A DNA stretch of 64,000 bases, from the IMG/VR virus record IMGVR_UViG_3300026076_000001; one strand, written 5' to 3'. The DNA is from a virus. Under the pieces are notes generated by a model. That model was not told the origin of the DNA and made no database searches. It was given only the letters and a program-made list of their open reading frames with translations. Each line of letters starts with the position of its first letter. Position 1 is the first letter of the stretch. Positions 18,886-26,212 of this stretch are shown here, piece by piece. Both the position numbers and the translations under genes were made by a program.

Positions 18886-18942
18886 ATTATAGCAATAAAA
18901 AAGCACCTGTAAGGTGCTTGTGGACAGTTTAACTAATGGCAC
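18886..18942 (-). promoter_or_regulatory. Early-type promoter: palindromic element + hairpin + TATAAT
   Basis: GACAGTT-TAAC-TAATGGCAC from 18923, hairpin AAGCACC/GGTGCTT, -10 box at 18886-18891. Confidence 0.7.
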
Positions 18943-19120
18943 AGCCATCAGCATCTAACTCTCGAATTTCGTTAATATCCCATTCAGAGACATACTCGTC
19001 AATGACATCAAATGAATTAATGTCCTCACGTGCTTTCTCTCGTGCTTCATCCTCAGAGTCAGCATCAACCTCGATCGTGAAATAATTGATCTCGGCACAT
19101 TCGATTAGATAGGATTTCAT
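18929..19120 (-). CDS. Small acidic protein, DpnD/PcfM-like
   Basis: MKSYLIECAEINYFTIEVDADSEDEAREKA matches the ExEAxSxxEAxE pattern. Confidence 0.5.
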   Translation of the reverse strand: MKSYLIECAEINYFTIEVDADSEDEAREKAREDINSFDVIDEYVSEWDINEIRELDADGCAIS

Positions 19121-19572
19121 TGACCTAGGTATCCAGCAACCATCATTCCAGGTTCGTCATAGAACCACGTGACATCAACATCAGGAAATAGTTGACGCAA
19201 TGCGTAGAATATTCCTTCGGGTGGTGACCACGCAGTCTCAAACTCACATTCAAAACTGTTTTCATCTAAATGGTCACAACTGCCTTTGTCAATCTCCCAC
19301 TTAGTACCCCAGTTGATAATATTCCAATCGTACCAACGATCGTCATTTTTACCATCAGGGAAATCATACGTAGTGTGAATGACTCTGCCCTCGGTGTCCT
19401 TCATCTCTCTCAAGACTGGTAGTTCACCTTTGTCGTTGGGTGTGGTCTTCCAATCGGGTGCTGGTACGATATGCTGAAATGGTTCGTCATTGTCAAAGAT
19501 GTCATAGACTTCTTTTAACTGTGTTTCATTATCTGAATAGAATGAAACTCGGTTTTGACACCAGTTTGGCAT
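19117..19572 (-). CDS. YubB/DUF1281-type ferredoxin-like domain protein
   Basis: MPNWCQNR...WYDWNIINWGTKW...FETAWSPP...WFYDEPGM family signature. Confidence 0.8.
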   Translation of the reverse strand: MPNWCQNRVSFYSDNETQLKEVYDIFDNDEPFQHIVPAPDWKTTPNDKGELPVLREMKDTEGRVIHTTYDFPDGKNDDRWYDWNIINWGTKWEIDKGSCDHLDENSFECEFETAWSPPEGIFYALRQLFPDVDVTWFYDEPGMMVAGYLGQ

Positions 19573-19596
19573 AAATTCTCCTTAGTGGACATACCT

Positions 19597-19653
19597 ATTA
19601 TAGCAACCAATGCAACAAAATTAGATCAGATCAGACACTTTATCAACTGTCAC
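19597..19653 (-). promoter_or_regulatory. Early-type promoter (no hairpin)
   Basis: GACACTT-TATC-AACTGTCAC from 19634; -10 TATAAT at 19597-19602; AGGAG SD before the ATG at 19572. Confidence 0.7.
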
Positions 19654-19839
19654 CTTCTCAGCATCGGTACCGTATACAGTGTTGTAGTATAGTACTATGT
19701 CTTCAATATCCTTATTACCAAATTCTTTATACAAATTATCCAATACCTTCTGATAGTCTATTCCAGGAGTACTCTCTACTAGTTTAGCCATCCTGTTAGC
19801 TACTATCCTTTTGATTAAATCTTTCTTAGTGTGAGTCAT
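19621..19839 (-). CDS. Hypothetical protein
   Basis: 72-aa ORF. Confidence 0.6.
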   Translation of the reverse strand: MTHTKKDLIKRIVANRMAKLVESTPGIDYQKVLDNLYKEFGNKDIEDIVLYYNTVYGTDAEKVTVDKVSDLI

Positions 19840-19912
19840 AGTTAGTTGTTAACTCTACAGCATACCCATTTAATGTAAAAAGATTAAATAGAAGATTTAA
19901 TAGAAATTAGGA

Positions 19913-20098
19913 TTATAGAAATTCTTCAAAAGTCACATTATTGACTTTTTCGAGATCCTCAATTTCTAGTAAATCTTCCCAGTCCCACTGGGTTGGGTCA
20001 TCTTCTAATGTCAGGTCCAGGGTCACGCGGTACCTTGTAGTACTTGGTTGTGACAGTTCAATATGTGGTATACTGATGAAGTTCCTGGGAGCTGACAT
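19913..20098 (-). CDS. Hypothetical acidic protein
   Basis: 61-aa ORF; CTAAATA at 20121-20127 upstream. Confidence 0.55.
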   Translation of the reverse strand: MSAPRNFISIPHIELSQPSTTRYRVTLDLTLEDDPTQWDWEDLLEIEDLEKVNNVTFEEFL

Positions 20099-20123
20099 AG
20101 AATAACGACCAATGCTGATGTAT

Positions 20124-20441
20124 TTAGGCGAACGTTTGCCAGTTGCCTACGTACTCAACCTCACCCTGCGGGGTAGGAACGAACCAATCAAATTTGCGTT
20201 GGAATAACCCGTAGCCTAGAACATCTCTAAGGATCTCGTTTAGGATCTGCTTAGTAGTGACGGTCCAGTACCCGCAATTGTTGATCTCTACACGGCAGCG
20301 ACCTGGTGCAATGGTTGCGATGTGGTGCCCGTGGAATCTGACCTCTACTCCTGTGTCTGTATGTGTTACAGATCTGTTGCCTTTGGCGAATGATTTGCCA
20401 TATGCAATTGAAGCGAGCATTTCAGAATCAACTTTTCTCAT
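20124..20441 (-). CDS. Hypothetical phage protein
   Basis: 105 aa; VRFHGHHIATI...NCGYWTVTTKQILN resembles a widespread small phage family (unnamed here). Confidence 0.7.
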   Translation of the reverse strand: MRKVDSEMLASIAYGKSFAKGNRSVTHTDTGVEVRFHGHHIATIAPGRCRVEINNCGYWTVTTKQILNEILRDVLGYGLFQRKFDWFVPTPQGEVEYVGNWQTFA

Positions 20442-20967
20442 CGTGTGGGTTCTTGTCTTTGTACTCTTCTATTATAGCGTCGCTCATCTGAATATCAAAC
20501 GCATTTGTGCCACTTTGTAGATTGGTTGCATCTGGGACCTCGAAGTTCAGCCCAGCCTCACCAACGACCACGGCATCCTCTGGCATTGTGCTACCTGTGA
20601 AAGCGTCCCAACCCCGCTTGAGCATATCTGGATTCTGTTCTAGTCTAGAATCTAGTTTTAGATTGCCTGATTGTATTCTTTCAGTAATGAAACGTCCAAT
20701 CGATGCATCTTCCCTCTCGATTGTGTCATTTATATCCTCTACTAGTTGATCTTCGTCGTCTCTATCTTGTTCAGCTTCCAATTTACCACTTAATTCCATA
20801 AATGAAGACTGAAACTCATCTAAATCATTATTTTTGTAACAATATTGTACATTAATGTTAGATTTAAACGTTACTTTAACAAAATTATTATCAAAATCAA
20901 GCTCCAAATACTCAATTGCACTGCTTGGTACCTCTCGATACCCTATTTTTCCTAGAATCTCAGCCAT
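20428..20967 (-). CDS. KTSC-like domain protein with acidic insertion and tail
   Basis: VPSSAIEYLELD...VKVTFKSN..QYCY...SIGRFI follows the KTSC pattern (SSxI, VxF, YxY, SxGxF). Confidence 0.5.
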   Translation of the reverse strand: MAEILGKIGYREVPSSAIEYLELDFDNNFVKVTFKSNINVQYCYKNNDLDEFQSSFMELSGKLEAEQDRDDEDQLVEDINDTIEREDASIGRFITERIQSGNLKLDSRLEQNPDMLKRGWDAFTGSTMPEDAVVVGEAGLNFEVPDATNLQSGTNAFDIQMSDAIIEEYKDKNPHDEKS

Positions 20968-20996
20968 TTTGACGTTTTTGATTAAATCTTAAACTT

Positions 20997-21025
20997 ATAA
21001 TAACTCATTTATCTAAAAAAGTCAA
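20997..21025 (-). promoter_or_regulatory. Sigma70-like promoter
   Basis: TTGACT (21025-21020), 17-nt spacer, TATTAT (21002-20997). Confidence 0.6.
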
Positions 21026-21196
21026 GTTTTTAACTTATTAAACTTTCGAGATTTCCGAATATTTCAGTTTTTTAAGTTTCTGAGGTTTTTGGTTGACAAA
21101 TGCTAGACTGCGGGCTAAGACCCCCAAATCCCTCAACATTAACCGAGAGATAGAACACCTAGGTATGGTTTATTTAACATTTATAAATGAACATAC

Positions 21197-21240
21197 TTTT
21201 CCACAGGTTTTCCACAAGTTATCCACAGGGTTGTGGAAAA
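21197..21240. other. Cluster of four DnaA-box matches
   Basis: TTTTCCACA 21197-21205, TTTTCCACA 21208-21216, TTATCCACA 21219-21227 (11-nt period) and an inverted TTTTCCACA at 21232-21240, in a 285-nt intergenic gap next to AT-rich DNA. Confidence 0.7.
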
Positions 21241-21252
21241 CTATCTGTCATA

Positions 21253-21450
21253 CTAAGGGGAGCTACGTGCGGAGCGTGTGGTAAGATTCTTCTTATCCTC
21301 TAGTAAACTGAGTTGTCTATCCACTTCTACCTTCAATGACATTAGATGTCCACCAAGGTACTGTTCCCACTCATTACCCTCGAACAAATCACCCAAATGT
21401 AGTAGATGTTCTTGTGCAAAGTACAATTTAGTTTGTTCATTCATTGCCAT
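21253..21450 (-). CDS. Hypothetical protein
   Basis: 65-aa ORF coupled to the upstream gene. Confidence 0.65.
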   Translation of the reverse strand: MAMNEQTKLYFAQEHLLHLGDLFEGNEWEQYLGGHLMSLKVEVDRQLSLLEDKKNLTTRSARSSP

Positions 21451-21662
21451 TAGCAGTCACATAGGTTAGGATGTTCACCTGTGTCACACCAAGCTTGAGC
21501 ACCTCCTTCTACACCTTCTGCATACTCACAAGAATATACACCTGGTGTTCCTGGATTACTCCAGTTAATTGCAGGTGCTCCTCCGTTGTATCCAAATCCA
21601 TATCCTCCATTAGTACATCCTACTAACAAGGGGGCTAGTAGTAGTAATTTAATCCTCGTCAT
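21450..21662 (-). CDS. Putative lipoprotein
   Basis: MTRIKLLLLAPLLVG-C: basic N-terminus, hydrophobic core, lipobox LVGC; four further Cys. Confidence 0.65.
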   Translation of the reverse strand: MTRIKLLLLAPLLVGCTNGGYGFGYNGGAPAINWSNPGTPGVYSCEYAEGVEGGAQAWCDTGEHPNLCDC

Positions 21663-21774
21663 CTTTCTCTTTAAATGATACGATGTTATCTATGTTAAGC
21701 CAACCTAGTAGTGTCCATAGCCATATTAATGACAATACTAATACAAGTAATTCTACTACTGGTGTTGGTAACAT
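21649..21774 (-). CDS. 41-aa single-pass membrane peptide (not in ORF track)
   Basis: MLPTPVVELLVLVLSLIWLWTLLGWLNIDNIVSFKEKDDED; TAATG overlap. Confidence 0.65.
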   Translation of the reverse strand: MLPTPVVELLVLVLSLIWLWTLLGWLNIDNIVSFKEKDDED

Positions 21775-22034
21775 TAGTCTAGTGACCCAAGGTCAGATAT
21801 TTGTTGTGGCTTTGGTTTATGTGCTTTAAACTCATCGTGGTTACCATCACCAGGCATTTTACCAAAGGCGAGGTACTCAACTGCTTGTATGCTCCCTTCA
21901 AGGCGATCTAGATCTCTGTCTAGTTTCACATACTCAAGATGTGCTTCTTCCAATTCAACTTGTCTCATTTCTAATTGTGTCACTCGTTTTGTGAAGCGAG
22001 CTAGCAACTGTTCGTATGATTCAGTTTCTTTCAT
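21774..22034 (-). CDS. Coiled-coil hypothetical protein
   Basis: 86 aa with heptad pattern LLARFTKRVTQLEMRQVELEEAH. Confidence 0.7.
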   Translation of the reverse strand: MKETESYEQLLARFTKRVTQLEMRQVELEEAHLEYVKLDRDLDRLEGSIQAVEYLAFGKMPGDGNHDEFKAHKPKPQQISDLGSLD

Positions 22035-22061
22035 TGTTTTATACCAAAGGTGTGTAATGAT

Positions 22062-22256
22062 TTATGGGCGTTGTACTGGCATTAGTTTTGGTCCTGTATC
22101 ACGTTGGCAGGATGTTTGGAATGTATTCATTAGTTCTTGTGCCATATGACGGTAGCCACTACCAACATAGACCTGACCGCCGACGACCGCAACCGCACAC
22201 ACAGCCCAAAACCAATAATACCATTGAGTTTTTATCTGATGATCATTAGGTTTCAT
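22062..22256 (-). CDS. Small membrane protein
   Basis: WYYWFWAVCAVAVVGGQVYVG hydrophobic segment; follows the sigma70-like promoter. Confidence 0.7.
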   Translation of the reverse strand: MKPNDHQIKTQWYYWFWAVCAVAVVGGQVYVGSGYRHMAQELMNTFQTSCQRDTGPKLMPVQRP

Positions 22257-22276
22257 ACTATTAGCGAAGATATGTT

Positions 22277-22305
22277 ATTATAACATACGGGTGGAGATGT
22301 GTAAA
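22277..22305 (-). promoter_or_regulatory. Sigma70-like (host-type) promoter
   Basis: TTTACA (22305-22300), 17-nt spacer, TATAAT (22282-22277). Confidence 0.75.
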
Positions 22306-22311
22306 CCTCGG

Positions 22312-22374
22312 TATAAATACTCGTTTACAGATCATTAAGAAACTAGTGTGTGACAGGGATCCAGGACATAAATA
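22312..22374 (+). promoter_or_regulatory. Two T4-type late promoters on the plus strand
   Basis: TATAAATA at 22312-22319 and CATAAATA at 22367-22374, divergent from the sigma70-like promoter. Confidence 0.6.
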
Positions 22375-22454
22375 GTAGTAGAATGAGCGAGGTCACAACA
22401 GATGCACCCAAACTTCCTTGTTATGAGGATCATTCAATCAGAGGTTAAACATTT

Positions 22455-22619
22455 ATGTTAAATCACAACGTCATCAGCAGTAATCAATTAGCAGATTGGA
22501 AAGAATCAACTGAGTCAGTCTACGAAGTGGACAACCATCTCAATAACTATTACGAGTGCATCATTGATGCTGGTGATGATACGTATACTGCACGTAGGTG
22601 CAACAGGCTACTACAATAA
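22455..22619 (+). CDS. 54-aa hypothetical protein (not in ORF track)
   Basis: MLNHNVISSNQLADWKESTES...NYYECIIDAGDDTYTARRCNRLLQ; GAGG SD at 22441-22444. Confidence 0.7.
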   Translation: MLNHNVISSNQLADWKESTESVYEVDNHLNNYYECIIDAGDDTYTARRCNRLLQ

Positions 22620-22623
22620 GCAT

Positions 22624-22683
22624 AGTCCAGTTAACATACCGCCCACGAAACCCCTCGACAGAGGGGTTTTTTAATGCTATAAT
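22624..22683 (+). promoter_or_regulatory. Early-type promoter in inverted orientation
   Basis: GTCCAGTT half-site at 22625-22632, hairpin AAACCCCTC/GAGGGGTTT with T-run, then TTAATGCTATAAT, the same string seen at the minus-strand copies. Confidence 0.7.
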
Positions 22684-22690
22684 GAATTCT

Positions 22691-23203
22691 ATGTCAGTAT
22701 CACATCTATTTTCAATACCCATACTTGAAACTAAGGTTGATCTAGATCAGATCATCTTGGATGAGTGTGAGTATTATTATAATGGTGAAGTGAACTGGAC
22801 TTATGGTCATCAAGAATGTGGTACACCCACACTTGATTACTTGTATGATATTATTTCTCCATTTCTTATGGAGTATGATCCCTACACACATTTTAGTTTC
22901 ACTGACATATGGCGTAATAGATACGTAGCTACTGACTATCAGGGCTACCATATCCACGCTCAATCACAATGGTCATTCATAATATATGAGACTGTTGATA
23001 GTAAAACTGTGTTATATAATCCAGCGTGGCTATTAATTCAGAATCATATGGGTGTAAGTAAATCTATGCCCTGTATTCACAATGTTAAATTGAGTGCTGG
23101 TCATATGGTCGTGTTCCCTTCATTTGTTGCTCATCACGTGAACAATGGTAATGAAGGTACTACTATTTCAGGTAACATTAAACTACAGTACAATGGGATG
23201 TAA
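22691..23203 (+). CDS. 2OG-Fe(II) oxygenase-like protein (HxH...H type; start revised from 22598)
   Basis: YHIHAQSQWSFIIY and VVFPSFVAHHVNN motifs; ATG 22691 follows the TATAAT box. Confidence 0.8.
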   Translation: MSVSHLFSIPILETKVDLDQIILDECEYYYNGEVNWTYGHQECGTPTLDYLYDIISPFLMEYDPYTHFSFTDIWRNRYVATDYQGYHIHAQSQWSFIIYETVDSKTVLYNPAWLLIQNHMGVSKSMPCIHNVKLSAGHMVVFPSFVAHHVNNGNEGTTISGNIKLQYNGM

Positions 23204-23381
23204 GAACTGCGACAATGTGTCACTAGAGGACTACGAGAATGCTATGTTTGCTCATATGATAACAGAGCGACGTGGTAAGTGGTACGTAAGGACTGATAGT
23301 GGTATAATAAAAGAGTTTAAATCACACACAGCAGCCAAGGAGTTTATCTTTATGGGAGGTGCACAAGATGGAAATGGATAA
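23193..23381 (+). CDS. Hypothetical protein (start revised to 23193)
   Basis: MGCKNCDNVSLEDYENAMF...; overlaps the upstream stop. Confidence 0.55.
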   Translation: MGCKNCDNVSLEDYENAMFAHMITERRGKWYVRTDSGIIKEFKSHTAAKEFIFMGGAQDGNG

Positions 23382-24171
23382 ACAAATCAATCCAGAGATT
23401 ATGAAGCGTAGGGAGCAGAAGCAAGCTCTACGTGATTTTGCACCTGGTGAGGGTCAGTCTAGTAATACTTACCCTGAACGTAAAATCATAAAACATTATA
23501 CAGATGATGGTGTTGATACATTTATCCGTGAGTATCCACAACACGCACCTGATAAGTTCTGTGATATGTTGATGGACTATTCAAATAGTTTATTGAAAGC
23601 TAGTAAGGAGAATAAACCAACACCTGAATCAACTGGTGAAGGATTTCCTGTTGGTCAATTTGAACGTAAGGATTTCTATTACTTCTTAACTGAGGGTACA
23701 TCACCCAACGTACGCAATACATTATTTGCAGGTTGGTCTAAACTATCATCTGAACATTATATTGATGAGTTCACCCAACTAGGTCAGAATGATTTCTGGA
23801 TGTCACCTGGTAAAGTACAAATCACTAATCCTAGTGAGGGCTTCCACGGATGGCACTATGATAATGCTGGTTTCTTTGTTGGTATGCGTGAGTTTGTTAT
23901 CATTACATACTTAAATGATGTACCTGAGGGTGGTGAGACTGAGTTCTTGTATCAACAAGTAAGAATTAAACCAGAGAAGGGCAAGACAATTATATTTCCA
24001 GCAGCATACACACATATGCATCGTGGTAATCCACCAATCAAGGGAACAAAATATATTGCTACAACGTGGGCTAGTAGACTGCCACGTATTGATGCAGAGA
24101 CACAAGAACGCAATGAAATAGAATGTATTGCACCATCAGAACAGTTGGTACAATACTACAAACATCATTAA
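23359..24171 (+). CDS. 2OG-Fe(II) oxygenase (prolyl-4-hydroxylase-like)
   Basis: [39 protein letters not shown]. Confidence 0.9.
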   Translation: MHKMEMDKQINPEIMKRREQKQALRDFAPGEGQSSNTYPERKIIKHYTDDGVDTFIREYPQHAPDKFCDMLMDYSNSLLKASKENKPTPESTGEGFPVGQFERKDFYYFLTEGTSPNVRNTLFAGWSKLSSEHYIDEFTQLGQNDFWMSPGKVQITNPSEGFHGWHYDNAGFFVGMREFVIITYLNDVPEGGETEFLYQQVRIKPEKGKTIIFPAAYTHMHRGNPPIKGTKYIATTWASRLPRIDAETQERNEIECIAPSEQLVQYYKHH

Positions 24172-24172
24172 A

Positions 24173-24246
24173 CGGGATTGACGAGGATCGAACTCGCAAC
24201 TTCCTCCGTGACAGGGAGGTGCTCTAACCAGTTGAACTACAACCCC
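24173..24246 (-). tRNA. trnD: tRNA-Asp (GTC)
   Basis: GGGGTTG/CAATCCC acceptor stem, D-arm TAGTTCAACTGGTTAGAGC, anticodon arm CCTCC-CTGTCAC-GGAGG, T-loop GTTCGAT; CCA not encoded. Confidence 0.95.
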
Positions 24247-24248
24247 AA

Positions 24249-24272
24249 TAAAAAGAGGACAATCAGTCCTCT
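24249..24272 (-). terminator. Terminator-like hairpin immediately upstream of the tRNA
   Basis: AGAGGAC/GTCCTCT 7-bp stem followed by a T-run on the minus strand. Confidence 0.55.
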
Positions 24273-24478
24273 ATAAACTTCCTTGGATTAATCATACGTG
24301 ATACCAACTCTATTACTTGCTCTCGTATTTGTATCACATCATCATAACATTCTTGATTATGTGCACAAGAGCGTAATGCAGGGTCAGGTTTATGTAATGA
24401 CTCAAGTACTATTGCTTTAGCACGATCCCACTTCTCATATGATGTGGGTGACTCGTCTAAGGTTCGTTGATCTTTCAT
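24263..24478 (-). CDS. Hypothetical protein
   Basis: 71-aa ORF, ATGA-coupled. Confidence 0.7.
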   Translation of the reverse strand: MKDQRTLDESPTSYEKWDRAKAIVLESLHKPDPALRSCAHNQECYDDVIQIREQVIELVSRMINPRKFIED

Positions 24479-24663
24479 CCTGTAAATGGTTCAGTTGATA
24501 GGTTGATTAAAATAGTTGTTAAGTCTGGATACTTAGAGTATGCTGATTTAACTGCGGTAGCAGGATCTACACAACTATGTACAAACTTAGTCCATTGTAA
24601 TTTATGGTCTATCTTAGCTAGTACATTAACTTCCCATTTCTTCTTCTTTGATGGCATTAACAC
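24475..24663 (-). CDS. Hypothetical protein
   Basis: 62-aa ORF. Confidence 0.6.
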   Translation of the reverse strand: MLMPSKKKKWEVNVLAKIDHKLQWTKFVHSCVDPATAVKSAYSKYPDLTTILINLSTEPFTG

Positions 24664-25058
24664 CCCTCCGAGGTATGTTCAAGAGGTTCAGGTAAATTAT
24701 CATTTACCCAAAAATCCTCCCAGTCTTCTTGACTACTTCCAACATCACGAACAGGATACTTGTAAGTATGTTGTTCTTGATGAACACGACCAATTAGATC
24801 ATCAACACGATGCAATTGTGTCTTATGGAAGTCTTGGAGTTCATAAAGTGCGTGCTTAACGTCCGAAATCACATCAGAAGCACCGCCAGCGAGATAATCT
24901 TCAATTACTTGACGTAATTGTTCATACCTCTGAGTCGCACCATCCGTCGTCAAGACGGTTGGCAGCTCTTGTAAGTTTGGCGTAGAGATCACCACATTTG
25001 ACTCCACTGTGTTTTTCTGTGGTGAATTGTTGGCTTGAGCTGAGGTGTTGTAAGGCAT
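24657..25058 (-). CDS. Hypothetical protein (true start probably further downstream)
   Basis: The C-terminal 90 aa or so look coding; the 5' part overlaps 24922-25110. Confidence 0.5.
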   Translation of the reverse strand: MPYNTSAQANNSPQKNTVESNVVISTPNLQELPTVLTTDGATQRYEQLRQVIEDYLAGGASDVISDVKHALYELQDFHKTQLHRVDDLIGRVHQEQHTYKYPVRDVGSSQEDWEDFWVNDNLPEPLEHTSEGC

Positions 25059-25110
25059 CAGACAATACGGTTAGTTCGGATTTGTTAAGCAGCACTTTAA
25101 GAAGTCTCAT
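24922..25110 (-). CDS. Hypothetical protein
   Basis: 62-aa ORF after TATAAT at 25138-25143. Confidence 0.6.
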   Translation of the reverse strand: MRLLKVLLNKSELTVLSDALQHLSSSQQFTTEKHSGVKCGDLYAKLTRAANRLDDGWCDSEV

Positions 25111-25157
25111 TGAATTGTGTCAACCACTATAATAGTAATTATACAGTGGGTGGGGGC

Positions 25158-25400
25158 TTACGCAGCCCCTAGAACAGGATTTCCTAACTGTGGAATAGTA
25201 TTGAAATCAGTCACGTCCCAACCGTAGTTGACTCGCTCTTGAACTTCACTGTCCAACTCATTAGTATTGATGAACCTTTTGTTCACCGTCCGTCCATTAA
25301 GAGATAAAACCTCTAGCAAGTAACGGTATGATACTTCACCAAATGGTAAGCGTACAGGATAGTAATCTGCTTGCTGACCAGAAGAGTTACGAATTTGCAT
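25158..25400 (-). CDS. Hypothetical protein
   Basis: 80-aa ORF directly after an early-type promoter. Confidence 0.7.
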   Translation of the reverse strand: MQIRNSSGQQADYYPVRLPFGEVSYRYLLEVLSLNGRTVNKRFINTNELDSEVQERVNYGWDVTDFNTIPQLGNPVLGAA

Positions 25401-25428
25401 TGGGTTGAATTCCCTTGACTACTCTAGT

Positions 25429-25488
25429 AGTATAGCATTAAAAAACCCCCTGTAAAGGGGGGCTTGTGACAGTTTGTAATGTGGTTCA
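25429..25488 (-). promoter_or_regulatory. Early-type promoter with terminator hairpin
   Basis: GACAGTT from 25468, hairpin CCCCC/GGGGG with T-run, TTAATGCTATACT (-10 at 25429-25434). Confidence 0.75.
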
Positions 25489-26025
25489 CCTGAGTGCTTT
25501 TCCGTGCGATCTGATGTATGATGCACATATATTATCACCTAGGCGAGGATCTGCGGGTTGCTTAGCTCTTGATTTGAGCCTCTTGTACTTCGTTTCTAGT
25601 CTAGGTTGTAGATAATCGTATACTTGTTGACCTTTAAGGTGCCACAACTCTACTATATCTCCGTGTTCATAGCGTGCATAGTAATGATCATCATATTTTA
25701 AGAGCTTTTCTTCTCTTAAATACTGATCTTGCTCCTCCCACGTATCCTTAACACTAATACCATTGTACGTAGCGTTGATGTTGTTACCTATTGTTGACTT
25801 GTATTCTACTGGTTCACCCTGATCATATGCGTCAGCACCACTATATGTGTCTGCTACATCGTGATCAAGTGCGATAGCCATATGTATTTCACGTGATCTA
25901 GCATAAGAGAATGGGTCACCCCACCCTTGATCTAGACACACATCATACAATCCCTTGAAGCATTCTTCATACTTCTTGCGTGCTTCTTCTGGTGTGTACT
26001 TAGTCATCTGTTTCAATGCCTTCAA
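25486..26025 (-). CDS. PD-(D/E)xK endonuclease, PvuII-like (likely start ATG 26007)
   Basis: SGADAYDQGEPVEYKST aligns by eye to PvuII, as recalled from memory (GNDAVDNAGQEYELKS; catalytic D58/E68/K70). GWGDPF, KY..hhhArY and YIRSHGK also parallel GINDIF, KY...IFAIY and YVMEHGTK. Similar length. Confidence 0.6.
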   Translation of the reverse strand: MKALKQMTKYTPEEARKKYEECFKGLYDVCLDQGWGDPFSYARSREIHMAIALDHDVADTYSGADAYDQGEPVEYKSTIGNNINATYNGISVKDTWEEQDQYLREEKLLKYDDHYYARYEHGDIVELWHLKGQQVYDYLQPRLETKYKRLKSRAKQPADPRLGDNICASYIRSHGKALR

Positions 26026-26212
26026 GGTCGTGTATGTCTCTAGCAGGTACAGTGTGTAGTCCTCCTATGAGATAATAATGGTCTTTGATACCATTAACAG
26101 TCTCTTCACCTAGGTAAAAGAGTTCAGTTGGTGGGAAACTATGTTCCCTTAGCATTGCTTGTAGCTGGAGGTGTATCATTTCTCCGTGTGATGGTACAGT
26201 TAGGCCAGTCAT
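26000..26212 (-). CDS. Hypothetical protein (start uncertain)
   Basis: HLQLQAMLREHSF...HYYLIGGLHTVP. Confidence 0.6.
   Translation of the reverse strand: MTGLTVPSHGEMIHLQLQAMLREHSFPPTELFYLGEETVNGIKDHYYLIGGLHTVPARDIHDLEGIETDD

Noticed and set aside
18634-18954. 106-aa ORF in the track spanning the candidate RNA
   Set aside because: Starts inside the upstream gene, crosses a promoter and terminator hairpin, overlaps the downstream gene out of frame, and has no recognisable motif; not fully excluded from an internal GTG
21093-21284. 63-aa plus-strand ORF over the DnaA boxes, with TTGACA at 21093
   Set aside because: TTG start coincides with the -35-like hexamer, there is no SD, the -10 (TAAGAC) is weak, and the ORF overlaps a minus-strand gene; likely not coding
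22455-22619. Small protein with a C-terminal Cys pair, considered as phage CP12
   Set aside because: Lacks the CP12 AWDxVEEL core and the YCxxxPxxxECxxYD C-terminus
25138-25195. Possible tenth copy of the early-type promoter element
   Set aside because: Only the AACTG half-site is at the right spacing; the other half (CAGGATT) is too degenerate to count
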